From Bacillota bacterium (lineage in GTDB: Bacteria; Bacillota; Sulfobacillia; Fermentithermobacillales; Fermentithermobacillaceae), in assembly GCA_033809515.1 (NCBI GenBank), contig JAPXLN010000002.1, forward strand, positions 6,173 to 70,172: 64,000 nucleotides of DNA, given 5' to 3'. The notes beneath the pieces were generated by a model. That model made no database searches and was not told the DNA's origin. It saw only the letters and a program-made list of their open reading frames with translations. The position numbers were made by a program, and so were the translations under genes. Shown in pieces: positions 17,302 through 27,412 of this stretch (its first letter is position 1; every line of letters begins with the position of its first letter).

Positions 17302-19199
17302 GAGGTGTGACATCCGGAGATCTCACGGGCAGAAAGGTCATGAACCGGTACAAGGTCGTAGAGAGGATAGGCGGCGGCGGAATGGCCGTGGTCTGGAAAG
17401 CTTACGATTTGGTCCTCGACCGTAATGTGGCCCTCAAGGTTCTCAGGCCCGAGATGAGCGAAGATGACGATTTTATAAGGCGGTTCAGACTGGAAGCTCA
17501 GTCAGCTGCGTCTTTGTCCCACAATAACATTGTCAGCATATACGATGTCGGTGAGGAGCAGGGTTTGTACTTCATTGTGATGGAACTGGTTGAAGGTCAA
17601 AGCCTCAGGGACAGGCTTAATGCCGAAGGAACTCTATGTCCCGAGGAAGCTTTGAGAATAGCTGCCGGGATTTGCGAAGGATTGGCCCACGCCCACGCAC
17701 GCAGGATTATCCACAGAGATATCAAGCCACAGAACATACTTCTCACGAAGCAGGGGGCAGTGAAGGTAGCTGATTTCGGCATTGCGCGAGCTTTAGGAGT
17801 GAGTTCCACCACGGCCAGAGACGTGGTGGTCGGATCAGCTCCCTACATGGCTCCTGAACAGGCACGAAACGGTGTGGCATCGGTCAGGTCGGATCTATAC
17901 TCAGTTGGAGTGGTTTTGTATGAGATGCTGACCGGGAAACCGCCTTTCACAGGTGACAGCCCTGTTTCGGTTGCACTTCAGCATGTCCAGGCTGAAGTAC
18001 CTCCTTTGAGGCTGAGGAACCCCAACGTGCCTCAGGCAGTTGAGGATCTTGTGGAAAAGGCCCTTTCCAAAGACCCCTTGGGAAGGTTTGGGTCAGCCGG
18101 GGAGATGCTGCAAGCTATTGGTTCGCTGCAGTCTCCGGGGCAGCCAAGGCGTGTTGAAAGAATGGAGCAAGCTGATGTAGTATATAAACCCCCTTCGCCC
18201 GGAGGAGATGAGAAGTTGGCTCGAAGCAAGAAAAAGACCGAACGGGTTCCTACACCTGTTAGAGTGTTTCTGGTTTTCGCATTGCTGGCCCTAGCCGTTC
18301 TAGGTTACTCGGCATACCTCTTTAAGCAGTGGATGGCTGTTCCGACCCTGGTTGTGCCTGATCTTGTCGGAAGGACTCAGATGGAAGCTCAATCTATGGC
18401 CAAGCAAGCGGGGTTTGTCTTTCAGATATCAGGCGAGAGGTACGATGAGGAAGTTCCTGCCGGCGTAGTAGTGTCCCAGAGCCCACAGGGCGGGCAGGAG
18501 GCGAAGAAGGGCAGGGAGGTTTTGTGTCTGATCTCCAAGGGACAAGACTACGTGAGAGTGCCTGACGTTACCGGCAAGCTGAGGAGAGAAGCTTACGTAG
18601 AGCTTCAAAATGCAGGCGTGCAGGTGGGAACTGTCGACTATCAGTTCCACCCAACCATAGATGAGGACCATGTGGTAAACCAGAACCCAAAAGCCGGAGC
18701 AGATGTGGCCAGAGACTATTTCGTGGACCTGGTCATATCAAAAGGTCAGGAACCTATGGACACCATGGTGCCAGACATAATGGGCATGACCAGAGCGCAA
18801 GCAGAGGACAGACTTGCCGAACAGCTCCTGGACCTGGGAGGAGTGGCGGTTATCGTAGACCCCTCAGTGCCCGAAGGCACAGTCATATCCCAGAGTCCGC
18901 CTGCAGGCACTGTAGTTGCTCCCCGTTCCAAGGTCACCATTGTGGTCAGCGGCAAAGAGGTGCCGGCAAAAACCAACAATCACACAATGTCTTTGACAGT
19001 GCCGAGGAACATTGGCCCAGCCACAGAGCCGGTCAAGGTCAAGGTCGTCTTCACTGACGCAACCGGAGAGAACGTAGCGTTTGACGGCAGCATGTTGCCT
19101 GGCGAGAACCGGGAGGTCAGTTTCCGCTGGAAGGGTTCTTCTGCAGAGGTAAGGATAACCATCGGCAATGATACTACGATCAAAACTATACGGCCATGA
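17298..19199 (+). CDS. prkC: Ser/Thr protein kinase PrkC with three PASTA repeats
   Basis: Kinase motifs GGGGMAVVWKA, HRDIKPQN, DFGIA and APE are present. A TM segment is followed by three PASTA-like repeats and an Ig-like tail. Probable start is the ATG at 17340. Confidence 0.85.
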   Translation: MRGVTSGDLTGRKVMNRYKVVERIGGGGMAVVWKAYDLVLDRNVALKVLRPEMSEDDDFIRRFRLEAQSAASLSHNNIVSIYDVGEEQGLYFIVMELVEGQSLRDRLNAEGTLCPEEALRIAAGICEGLAHAHARRIIHRDIKPQNILLTKQGAVKVADFGIARALGVSSTTARDVVVGSAPYMAPEQARNGVASVRSDLYSVGVVLYEMLTGKPPFTGDSPVSVALQHVQAEVPPLRLRNPNVPQAVEDLVEKALSKDPLGRFGSAGEMLQAIGSLQSPGQPRRVERMEQADVVYKPPSPGGDEKLARSKKKTERVPTPVRVFLVFALLALAVLGYSAYLFKQWMAVPTLVVPDLVGRTQMEAQSMAKQAGFVFQISGERYDEEVPAGVVVSQSPQGGQEAKKGREVLCLISKGQDYVRVPDVTGKLRREAYVELQNAGVQVGTVDYQFHPTIDEDHVVNQNPKAGADVARDYFVDLVISKGQEPMDTMVPDIMGMTRAQAEDRLAEQLLDLGGVAVIVDPSVPEGTVISQSPPAGTVVAPRSKVTIVVSGKEVPAKTNNHTMSLTVPRNIGPATEPVKVKVVFTDATGENVAFDGSMLPGENREVSFRWKGSSAEVRITIGNDTTIKTIRP

Positions 19200-19223
19200 C
19201 AAACCGGAACTTGCTGAGGGGAG

Positions 19224-20108
19224 GTGCTGCGGCAAACCTTGGAAGGTAGGGTTGTGGCGATTTACTCAGCTTGGTGCGATGTAGCTTGCAACGACCAAGT
19301 TCTCAGGTGCAGGTTGCGCGGGCGTTTGCGCCAGGCCGGTTTAGATATTGTCGCTGGGGATCTGGTTTCCCTTGCCGGGACCGGAGAAGAGCTTGTAATC
19401 GAAAAGGTTCATCCTCGGAAAAATCTGCTTGCACGGCCCCCGGTTGCTAACGTTGATCAAGCCGTAGTAGTGACGGCAGTGACTCAGCCGCCGGCAGCTT
19501 TGCCCGAAATAGACAAGGTTCTGGTTCAGTTAGAGCAAGAGGGTATTCACGGAGTGGTCTGCGTGAACAAAAGCGACCTGGAAGACCCGGATTCCCTTGA
19601 GAGACTCGCCGGCATCTACAGGGCAGCGGGCTATCCATGTCAGATTACGTCAGCTTTTACGGGAGCGGGATTGGAAGAGCTGGCGTCGCTAATGGAGGGG
19701 AAGGTTACGATTTTGGCGGGCGCCAGCGGGGTTGGCAAATCCAAAATCCTTGAGGCTCTTCTTGGGATTGGCCTTGCGACGCAGCCCTTGTCGCGCAGAG
19801 GGCGAGGAAGGCATACAACCAGGGGTGTCACCCTCTACACGAGAGGTAGGGGAGGCTATCTTGCGGATACCCCCGGGTTCAGCAGGATTGACCTGGTTGA
19901 TTGTGAACCCCACGAGTTGAGCTACTTTTACCCTGAAATGGCTCCTCACGTAGTTCACTGTCACTATCCGAGATGCTTGCACAATACCGAGGATCAGTGC
20001 CGTGTGAAGGATGCTCTTGATCAAGGGTTAGTCCATCCCGAACGGTATGCCAGCTATCTGATTTTGTTGGAGGAAAGCATCGAAAGGATGAAACGAAGGT
20101 ATGTCTGA
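19224..20108 (+). CDS. rsgA: Ribosome small-subunit-dependent GTPase A
   Basis: Circularly permuted GTPase with NKSDL, GASGVGKS and DTPGF motifs, plus a C-terminal Zn-finger with CHY..C cysteines. Confidence 0.85.
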   Translation: MLRQTLEGRVVAIYSAWCDVACNDQVLRCRLRGRLRQAGLDIVAGDLVSLAGTGEELVIEKVHPRKNLLARPPVANVDQAVVVTAVTQPPAALPEIDKVLVQLEQEGIHGVVCVNKSDLEDPDSLERLAGIYRAAGYPCQITSAFTGAGLEELASLMEGKVTILAGASGVGKSKILEALLGIGLATQPLSRRGRGRHTTRGVTLYTRGRGGYLADTPGFSRIDLVDCEPHELSYFYPEMAPHVVHCHYPRCLHNTEDQCRVKDALDQGLVHPERYASYLILLEESIERMKRRYV

Positions 20109-20742
20109 AATCAAAGTTGCACCATCGGTTCTGGCAGCTGATCCTCTATGCCTTGCAGAGGAGATTGCCACTGTCAAAGACGCCGGGGCCGATCTTTTGC
20201 ATTTGGATATTATGGACGGGCATTTTGTGCCTAACCTAACTTTTGGGGTTGAGGCGGCCAGAAGGATGAAGCAGCTTGGCCTGCCTCTGGACATTCACCT
20301 GATGGTAGACTGTTTGGACTGGGCCATCTCTGCCTTTTCCGGGAGCGCTGAGTATCTTACCGTTCACGCCGAAGCCACCCCACACCTTCATAGAACGCTG
20401 CAGTACATCAAGAGCTTGGGGCTGAAGAGCGGCGTAGCTTTGAACCCATCCACTCCTCCTGATTTTCTGCCTTTTGTAGCAGACCAGGTGGATCTTGTGC
20501 TCATCATGACAGTAAACCCCGGTTGGGGAGGACAAGCTTTCATCCCTGAGATGGTTGATAAAGTATCATGGGTCAGAAGGTTCATAGTTGAACGCGGCCT
20601 TTCCGCTGAGATAGAAGTGGACGGAGGGGTTACAGCTGATAATGCCCGGATTCTCAGGGAGGCCGGAGCCTCGATTCTCGTTGCGGGTAGCTACGTTTTC
20701 AAGGCTGCCCACAGGCAGGCCGCCATTTCACGGCTGAGGTAA
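20101..20742 (+). CDS. rpe: Ribulose-phosphate 3-epimerase
   Basis: ..APSVLAAD.., ..LHLDIMDGHFVPN.., ..MTVNPGWGGQ.., ..VDGG... The ATG overlaps the rsgA stop (ATGTCTGA). Confidence 0.9.
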   Translation: MSEIKVAPSVLAADPLCLAEEIATVKDAGADLLHLDIMDGHFVPNLTFGVEAARRMKQLGLPLDIHLMVDCLDWAISAFSGSAEYLTVHAEATPHLHRTLQYIKSLGLKSGVALNPSTPPDFLPFVADQVDLVLIMTVNPGWGGQAFIPEMVDKVSWVRRFIVERGLSAEIEVDGGVTADNARILREAGASILVAGSYVFKAAHRQAAISRLR

Positions 20743-20786
20743 GCACTTTGCTGTAAGTTGAATATAATGTCCCGGAAGATCACTTA

Positions 20787-20975
20787 GTGGTGAAGCGGGG
20801 ACTGGACGTGAGGTTTAGAAGTCGGGGAGTTACTACAAGAACCATGACCGCTCTGGTGCTGGGGCTGGCGGGCGCCGTAATGTTTTTGGTTGCCTTACCG
20901 CCTTCGATGTTGTTGGCCCTGGCAGGCGGGGGACTTGTGGCCACAGCCTGGCTTATCCACAAAGGCGGTCTGTAG
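20787..20975 (+). CDS. Hypothetical small hydrophobic protein (weak call)
   Basis: 62-aa ORF with an A/L/G-rich TM-like core. No convincing RBS. It occupies the thiN/spoVM-equivalent gap between rpe and rpmB. Confidence 0.25.
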   Translation: MVKRGLDVRFRSRGVTTRTMTALVLGLAGAVMFLVALPPSMLLALAGGGLVATAWLIHKGGL

Positions 20976-21164
20976 CGGTCGGGGAGGGGGTGCATGGCGA
21001 ACCTTCGCCAACCACATGAAAGTTCGCGTTCTGAGAGTTCCCAGGGCCCTATCGGGCGTAGTCAGAGCAATTCTGGCTCTTTTTGGATACAGGTCATAAA
21101 GCCCCTGGAATAGATACACCTCTCAAAGGATATTCCTTACAGAGAGGTGTTCTTCTTGACCGAA

Positions 21165-21356
21165 CTAGCGAGTTGCCCGTTTGACTCTGCCTGTCTTAAG
21201 GCACTGAGTACAGACGTATATTCGACGAGCCGTGTCGCCCACCTTGACCCTTACCCTCTGAATGTTGGGGGACCACGTCCGGTTGGTCTTTATGTTAGAA
21301 TGGCTTACGCGGTGACCATATGACTTATCTTTGCCGCAAATCTCGCACCTTGGCAC
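21165..21356 (-). CDS. rpmB: 50S ribosomal protein L28
   Basis: MPRCEICGKDKSYGHRVSHSNIKTNRTWSPNIQRV.. with a GTG start. The minus-strand RBS AAGGAGGT lies 8 nt upstream. Confidence 0.85.
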   Translation of the reverse strand: MPRCEICGKDKSYGHRVSHSNIKTNRTWSPNIQRVRVKVGDTARRIYVCTQCLKTGRVKRATR

Positions 21357-21488
21357 GTAGAACTACCTCCTTGAGTCGCTCCGTATGACCTATCCATCTT
21401 AGCACAGAAGACCAGGGAGGAAAAGAAGGTGTTTCCATAGAAATAGGGAGAATCCATTGAAAGGATCCGGTTATTCCCGGAAGGAAGG

Positions 21489-21878
21489 ATGGAAACCGTG
21501 TCACCTTTGACTGGAAAAGAACTGGAGACCCAATTGGGGAAGCTCATTCTCTCTGATGAAGCTATAGCTACAATAGCCGGGGCCGCAGCTATCGAATGCT
21601 ATGGAGTTGTGGGGATGGCCGGGCGCAAGATGACTGATGGTATCTACGAGCTCCTCCGTAAGGAGAACCTGTCGAGAGGGGTTGTTGTTTCGGTTGAAGG
21701 CGATGCCGTCTACATCGACATACACATAATAGTCGGCTACGGGGTTCGCATATCCGAAGTTGCCCGGATGGTGGTGGACAAGGTCCGGTACACGGTGGAG
21801 AAGACTACGAGCCTTGAAGTCAAGAAAGTGACCGTGCATGTTCAAGGCATCAGGTTACTGGAAGGTTTGGGGAGTTGA
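21489..21878 (+). CDS. Asp23/Gls24-family alkaline-shock protein (YloU-like)
   Basis: ..EAIATIAGAAAIECYGVVGMA.. core. A GGAAGGAAGG RBS precedes it. Its position before the DAK2 protein is conserved. Confidence 0.8.
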   Translation: METVSPLTGKELETQLGKLILSDEAIATIAGAAAIECYGVVGMAGRKMTDGIYELLRKENLSRGVVVSVEGDAVYIDIHIIVGYGVRISEVARMVVDKVRYTVEKTTSLEVKKVTVHVQGIRLLEGLGS

Positions 21879-21881
21879 CCA

Positions 21882-23570
21882 ATGGCATATCAGGCGCTGA
21901 ACGGGGACCTTTTTTGCAGCATGATGGTGTCTGCCAGGGAGTATCTCAACCGGTACAAGAATCAAGTAGATGCTCTGAACGTATTTCCCGTTCCTGACGG
22001 AGACACAGGAACTAACATGTACCTGACCATTTCATCTGCAGTTGAGAGTTTGAAAGACATGGCCGGAATGAGCCTGGGAGAAGTGGCCCAGGAAGCCAGT
22101 CAGGGCGCCTTAATGGGCGCCCGGGGCAATTCAGGGGTCATACTATCTCAGATATTTCGGGGCATTGCACGGGGATTTGCCGGCAAAGAGGAAGCGCGCC
22201 CTGAAGACATAGTGAAAGCACTGGATGAAGCTGTTACCACTGCGTACAAAGCAGTGATGAAGCCAGTTGAAGGCACTATCCTCACGGTACTGAGAGGCAT
22301 GAGGGACGGTGCCCGGGGAGCATGCCACCCGGAGGCGTCTGTGGACGACGTAATGATTGGGTGCCTAGCCAGAGGCAGAGAGGTTCTCGACAGAACCACC
22401 AATATGCTACCTGCGCTTAAGCAAGCGGGAGTTGTGGATGCCGGCGGCAAGGGACTTTTGTGTATCCTTGAAGGAGCTCTGCAAACGCTCCAGCAGGAGC
22501 CCGGGGTTAGGTCAGTGGGCAGCATTGCCGCCCCAGAGGTTGAGATAGCCGTGCCCGGTCATGAGCCGGAGGTTTCTGAGATAACCTACCCGTACGATAC
22601 GCAGCTCTTAATTGCCGGCGAGGGTCTTCCCATTGATGAGATCCGGAGGAAGCTGGAGGCCTACGGTGACTCGTTGTTGGTGGTAGGACAGGAAACGCTG
22701 GTGAGAGTTCATATTCACACAGGGGTGCCCGGAGAGGTTCTGACCCTGTGTCAGCAGTACGGAAGCTTGTCACAGGTAACAGTAGACAACATGGTGGAAC
22801 AGTCTGTGGCAGCGCGCAGTGCCCGCCAGCTTCTTAACGCTTCAGGGAGCGGAGCCTCCTTCGACAGGCCTGTGTATGTGCCTGCGGTTACGGAACAGCC
22901 AGGCCAGATGAAGGAAACAGGCATTGTCTCGGTTGCCACCGGTCAAGGGCTGAAGGATATCATGCGAAGCCTTGGATGCGACCTGGTCATCGACGGCGGA
23001 AGCACAATGAACCCTTCAACCCAGGAACTGGCATCAGCAGTGAAAACCGTGAACGCCAAGAGAATCATCTTCATGCCCAACAACGGCAACATATTTCTTG
23101 CGGCCAAGCAGGCCAAGAAACTCACCGGAAGAACAATGTACATTGTGCCTTCCAAGACTATTCCCCAGGGTATTTCCGCCCTTTTATCTCTCAACCTCAA
23201 TGAAGATATGAAGTCGAATCTCAAGAGAACGTCCCGTGCAATCAAGCGAGTAAAGACAGGAGAGGTGACTTTCTCAGCAAGAGACGGCAAGTTTGGCAAG
23301 CATGTTATGAAGCGAGGGGACATTTTGGGGTTGATTGACGGCAAGGTTGAGATTGTTGGCTCCGACCCTGAGAGTGTTCTTCTGTCTGTAGTCCGGAGCA
23401 TGGTCAAAGACGGCGATGAGATCGTCACAGTCTATTACGGCGAGGAAGTTGACCATTCCCGCGCTGAGTCTGTGGCCAATAGTCTGCGAGAGGCCCTTGG
23501 TCCTGAGGTTGAAGTAGAGGTTCACAGCGGGGGTCAGCCCCTGTACTACTACATCGTCTCTGCGGAATAG
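21882..23570 (+). CDS. DAK2-domain fusion protein YloV (DhaL-like / fatty-acid kinase-related)
   Basis: N-terminal Dak2 domain (..GDTGTNM.., ..GNSGVILSQ..) with a C-terminal DegV-like tail. Conserved asp23-yloV-recG order. Confidence 0.85.
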   Translation: MAYQALNGDLFCSMMVSAREYLNRYKNQVDALNVFPVPDGDTGTNMYLTISSAVESLKDMAGMSLGEVAQEASQGALMGARGNSGVILSQIFRGIARGFAGKEEARPEDIVKALDEAVTTAYKAVMKPVEGTILTVLRGMRDGARGACHPEASVDDVMIGCLARGREVLDRTTNMLPALKQAGVVDAGGKGLLCILEGALQTLQQEPGVRSVGSIAAPEVEIAVPGHEPEVSEITYPYDTQLLIAGEGLPIDEIRRKLEAYGDSLLVVGQETLVRVHIHTGVPGEVLTLCQQYGSLSQVTVDNMVEQSVAARSARQLLNASGSGASFDRPVYVPAVTEQPGQMKETGIVSVATGQGLKDIMRSLGCDLVIDGGSTMNPSTQELASAVKTVNAKRIIFMPNNGNIFLAAKQAKKLTGRTMYIVPSKTIPQGISALLSLNLNEDMKSNLKRTSRAIKRVKTGEVTFSARDGKFGKHVMKRGDILGLIDGKVEIVGSDPESVLLSVVRSMVKDGDEIVTVYYGEEVDHSRAESVANSLREALGPEVEVEVHSGGQPLYYYIVSAE

Positions 23571-23572
23571 CT

Positions 23573-25648
23573 ATGAGGAAATGCCTGGAAGACGCCGTTC
23601 GCTACGTGAAGGGTGTAGGGCCCAAGCGCTCTATCCTTCTTGAGGATCTTGGCATCCTTACGGTTAGGGACCTTCTTGATTACCTCCCTTTCCGGATTGA
23701 GGATTTCTCGAAAGTTTCATCTATTGGGAGCCTTTGTGCCGGTGAGAGCGCCACTGTGCGCGGAGCTGTGCAGTCTTCCGGCTTTGTAGGCAGCCAAAGA
23801 GGGCGAGCCTTCAGGGTTGCGGTGACAGACGGCACAGGTTTGCTTTACCTGGTCTGGTATAACGCCGCCTTTATGTACGGCGCCTTGAGACAAGGCGACC
23901 ATGTGCTGGCATCAGGAAAGGTCGAATGGCGGCGCGGCGCCCTGGAAATGGCTCACCCGACATTCCGGAAAATCCCCAGCCACGAGGTAGCGGAGTCTGG
24001 TCCCGTAATACCTGTTTACCACGCAACCGCAGGGCTTTCGTCTTCCCAGATAGCAGCTATAGTCCGAAACGCCCTTGAGGAATATCTGCCTCTTGTAGAC
24101 ATTACTGTACCGCCTAACCTTGCAGAAGGTGAGGGCCTGCCCTCTGAACGAGAAGCCTATATGCATGTTCACAGGCCCGCCTCACCTTCCCAATGGCACC
24201 GGGGCATGAAAACTTTCGCCTTCAGGGAAATGTTCTACCTGCAGCTGGCTGTTCAACTGCTGAGAAGAGAAGCGAAAACGTCCAAAGGGCCCGGTCCTTT
24301 CCTGGATTTTGGGCTGGCTGACAGGTTTATCAGGGAATTGCCTTTCGCCTTGACCAGGGCCCAGGAGAAAGCTGTGGCCGACATTAGGAATGACCTCTCA
24401 CAGAACAAGGTCATGAACAGGCTTCTCCAGGGAGACGTTGGCAGCGGCAAGACAGTAGTTGCCATGTATGCGCTCCTGGCGGCCGCAGGCAGCGGTTTCC
24501 AGGGGGCTTTTCTGGCGCCTACAGAGATTTTGGCCAGGCAGCATCGAACCACCTTTCAGTCTCTGGCAAAGGATCTTGTTAGGGTGGGGTATCTTACAGG
24601 GGCTGTAACAGGACCTGAGAGAGAGGCAGTTCTTGACGGGCTAAGGGAAGGGAGGATAGACATCTTAATCGGTACCCATGCAATGCTTCAGGGGAACATT
24701 GTCTGGCGAAAACTTGGTGTGGCAGTCACCGACGAGCAGCATAGGTTTGGGGTTAAGCAACGGCTTGCCTTGCCTGAGCAGACAGAAGGGCCGTCCCCGC
24801 ATGTGCTTGTTATGAGCGCCACTCCGATACCTCGTTCCCTGGCTCTCACTCTGTACGGAGACCTTGACATTACGGTTCTGGACGTCATGCCTGAAGGCCG
24901 CATGCCCCCTGAAACGGTCCTTCTGCGGCCGGCCAACAGCTACAGGGCCTACAGAAAGGTCAGAGAGGAAGTATTCAGAGGTCATCAGGCCTATGTGGTA
25001 TGTCCGGTCATACGCGAGGGCAAGACGTCCAGAAAGTCTGCTGAAGAGGTGTTTGAGAACCTGCGGCGGGGCAGCCTTAAGGGCTTGCGAATAGGGCTTA
25101 TCCACGGAGCAATGGCTCGGACGGCATCTGAAGCTGTTATGGAGGATTTTGTCTTTGGCCGGCTGGATGTCCTGGTATCGACTACCCTTGTTGAAGTGGG
25201 AGTTGATGTGCCTAACGCCACGTGCATGGTTGTGGAAGACGCAGGGTCGTTTGGCCTGGCAACTTTGCACCAGTTGCGTGGGCGGGTCGGTCGCAGCAGG
25301 CACAAGGCCTACTGCTTTCTGATTGCACAGGAAGAGCAGGGCAGAGCATCAGAAGAGCGGTTGGCCGCCCTTACTCGCATAACTGATGGGTTTGCTTTGG
25401 CCGAGATGGATCTCAAACTGCGGGGTCCCGGCCAATTCTTTGGAACCAGGCAGCACGGACAGGCGGATCTGGCTGCAGCCTTGGTCGATTGCCAGGTATC
25501 GCTGGATCTGATCATGAGGGCAAGGGAAAGCGCTCAGCAAGCTCTGAACCTCATGGACAGAGGCGAAGCCGGATATTGGGGAGAAGCTCTCCTCGGCGAG
25601 GTAAGGCGCAAATTCGGGGATGTCTTCTCCTACAGTATGTCCCGGTAA
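23573..25648 (+). CDS. recG: ATP-dependent DNA helicase RecG
   Basis: Wedge domain followed by helicase motifs GDVGSGKTVVA, DEQHRFG and QLRGRVGR. Confidence 0.9.
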   Translation: MRKCLEDAVRYVKGVGPKRSILLEDLGILTVRDLLDYLPFRIEDFSKVSSIGSLCAGESATVRGAVQSSGFVGSQRGRAFRVAVTDGTGLLYLVWYNAAFMYGALRQGDHVLASGKVEWRRGALEMAHPTFRKIPSHEVAESGPVIPVYHATAGLSSSQIAAIVRNALEEYLPLVDITVPPNLAEGEGLPSEREAYMHVHRPASPSQWHRGMKTFAFREMFYLQLAVQLLRREAKTSKGPGPFLDFGLADRFIRELPFALTRAQEKAVADIRNDLSQNKVMNRLLQGDVGSGKTVVAMYALLAAAGSGFQGAFLAPTEILARQHRTTFQSLAKDLVRVGYLTGAVTGPEREAVLDGLREGRIDILIGTHAMLQGNIVWRKLGVAVTDEQHRFGVKQRLALPEQTEGPSPHVLVMSATPIPRSLALTLYGDLDITVLDVMPEGRMPPETVLLRPANSYRAYRKVREEVFRGHQAYVVCPVIREGKTSRKSAEEVFENLRRGSLKGLRIGLIHGAMARTASEAVMEDFVFGRLDVLVSTTLVEVGVDVPNATCMVVEDAGSFGLATLHQLRGRVGRSRHKAYCFLIAQEEQGRASEERLAALTRITDGFALAEMDLKLRGPGQFFGTRQHGQADLAAALVDCQVSLDLIMRARESAQQALNLMDRGEAGYWGEALLGEVRRKFGDVFSYSMSR

Positions 25649-25680
25649 TGAACGAAGAGACAGACGCCTTGAGGCCGATC

Positions 25681-26619
25681 CTACTGGAGGTAGTCCAGCA
25701 TCTCCTCTTCGGTTATGGCAGGTTGAGTAGCTTTGTTAATGGCACCGGCCAGGAGCTTAGACATCTCCATAATCTCCATATCAATGTCTTTGGTAGTAAC
25801 CATGAGATCTGCAAGGTCCTGGCTGATGAAATCGTGAACTGAGTCCAGGGTTGCCATGGCATGGGGGTTGTAGCGATGGAAATATGCTTCAAGCACATCG
25901 GCCCCTATGGCGGCCCCTGACACCACTGTAGGCACACCTACAGCTACCACGGGTATCCCAAGAGACTCACGGTTTATGCCAGGCCTCTTATTACCCACTC
26001 CCGAACCCGGTTGAATGCCTGTATCGGCAATCTGAATGGTGGTCATGAGCCTTGCAGGTGAGCGGGCGGCCAGTGCATCTACTGTGATCACAAGCTGGGG
26101 CCTGATCTGCTCAACGATCCCCTTGATAATATCTATGGTTTCCATGCCTGTTATGCCCAGAACGCCTGGGGAGATAGCTGCCACGGGATTGAGCCTGCCG
26201 CCAAGCTCCTGAGGGACGTACTCTCTGATGTTTCTGGTGATCATAAGCTGGGAGATCACCTTTGGTCCCAGGGCGTCCGGAGTGGCCTGCCAGTTGCCCA
26301 GGCCTACAATAAGTACGTCGCCCTGTTTGGGCAGGTCTGCCAGGGCAGTCAGTTCCCGGGCCACGACTGCGGCCACCTTCTTGAGAGTCGCCCTGTTGCG
26401 GTAGCGCAGTTCAGGGCACTCAAGCGTGAAGTAACGCCCGGGAGGTTTCCCTATCTGGGCTGCCGCTTCAGGCGAAGTTACCTGCACTCTGGTGAGTTTC
26501 ATCCCGTTTTGACTCTCTTCTCTGACAGTAAGTCCCGGTACTGAGCCGGCTCTTTCTCCGGCCATGGCGGTCCGTTCAAGGGCCAGGTCGGTCCTTGGGT
26601 TGTCCTGCAGGTACATCAT
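25681..26619 (-). CDS. gpr: Spore germination protease GPR (peptidase A25)
   Basis: ..RTDLALE.., ..LIVGLGNWQATPDALGP.., ..ITGMETIDII.., ..DALAARS.., ..GIQPGSGVGNKR... These align along the whole length with the Bacillus GPR family. Confidence 0.85.
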   Translation of the reverse strand: MMYLQDNPRTDLALERTAMAGERAGSVPGLTVREESQNGMKLTRVQVTSPEAAAQIGKPPGRYFTLECPELRYRNRATLKKVAAVVARELTALADLPKQGDVLIVGLGNWQATPDALGPKVISQLMITRNIREYVPQELGGRLNPVAAISPGVLGITGMETIDIIKGIVEQIRPQLVITVDALAARSPARLMTTIQIADTGIQPGSGVGNKRPGINRESLGIPVVAVGVPTVVSGAAIGADVLEAYFHRYNPHAMATLDSVHDFISQDLADLMVTTKDIDMEIMEMSKLLAGAINKATQPAITEEEMLDYLQ

Positions 26620-26716
26620 TTTTGGATCCTCCCCGGAAGTTTTTCTTTGGATTTCTGAAACTGTTCCGGTGCTATACTACCCAGGATAACCGGGTAAGTA
26701 TGTTCTTGTCGGGGGG

Positions 26717-27163
26717 ATGAGCTTGCGCTTAGTTGCACTGGGCATAGCAGGGCTCTCGGGGGTATCCATGGCGTTGCAGGGGGCCCTTAACGCGGTCTTA
26801 GGCAAGAAGGTCGGTTCTTTTGAGGCGGCATTTCTGGTGCATCTAACAGGTTCGATTATTCTAGCCGTTATTCTTCTTACAGGGATGTCTCAGGGGCAGC
26901 TCAAGGCCGCAAGTTCTGCTCCCTGGTGGTCTTTCCTGGGAGGTCCTCTCAGTGTGCTGATCATATGGGGTGTCCTGTCCAGCATTGGAAAGGTAGGGGT
27001 GGGTTTTGCCACTACTGCCATTGTTGCAGCTCAGATCACCGCCGCGCTAGTCCTTGACATGTTTGGGATCACCGGCGAAAAGGTTCCCTTGGACATGTGG
27101 AAAGGTCTTGGCGCGGTCCTCTTTGTTTTGGGGGCGTATCTTTTGCTTCGCCGTACAGGGTAG
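26717..27163 (+). CDS. DUF606/DMT-superfamily small membrane protein
   Basis: 148 aa with 4-5 hydrophobic helices, resembling YdcZ-like DMT half-transporters. Confidence 0.55.
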   Translation: MSLRLVALGIAGLSGVSMALQGALNAVLGKKVGSFEAAFLVHLTGSIILAVILLTGMSQGQLKAASSAPWWSFLGGPLSVLIIWGVLSSIGKVGVGFATTAIVAAQITAALVLDMFGITGEKVPLDMWKGLGAVLFVLGAYLLLRRTG

Positions 27164-27238
27164 TCTTCAGGGGTAATGAGAAGGTATTTGCTGCCTGCTC
27201 AAAGAAGTGATCACCTGTAAGAGAGGTATGAGCGCGAA

Positions 27239-27271
27239 AAAATGCCGCTTCTTTTCGGAAGCGGCATTGGG
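27239..27271. terminator. Stem-loop terminator-like element (A-tract 5', reads as an intrinsic terminator on the minus strand)
   Basis: gcgcgaaaaaATGCCGCTTCttttcGGAAGCGGCATtggg is a perfect 11-bp stem flanked by an A-tract on the plus strand (a U-tract on the minus strand). Confidence 0.4.
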
Positions 27272-27412
27272 AGAGGAGAAACCGGAGGAAGAGCCTGTTG
27301 GGACAGCCTCACGGCTGTGCCCTGACTCTCGATGATTACTATGGACAAATCCGGTCTGACTTATACACTATTTACGGGAGAGGTTTTCTCAATTTGATTG
27401 GAGGATTGTCCT

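Noticed and set aside
27164-27412. Possible sRNA or riboswitch in the 250-nt gap upstream of coaD
   Set aside because: It contains one clean hairpin terminator and an imperfect GC stem. There is no recognisable riboswitch consensus and no convincing promoter, so there is not enough to call.
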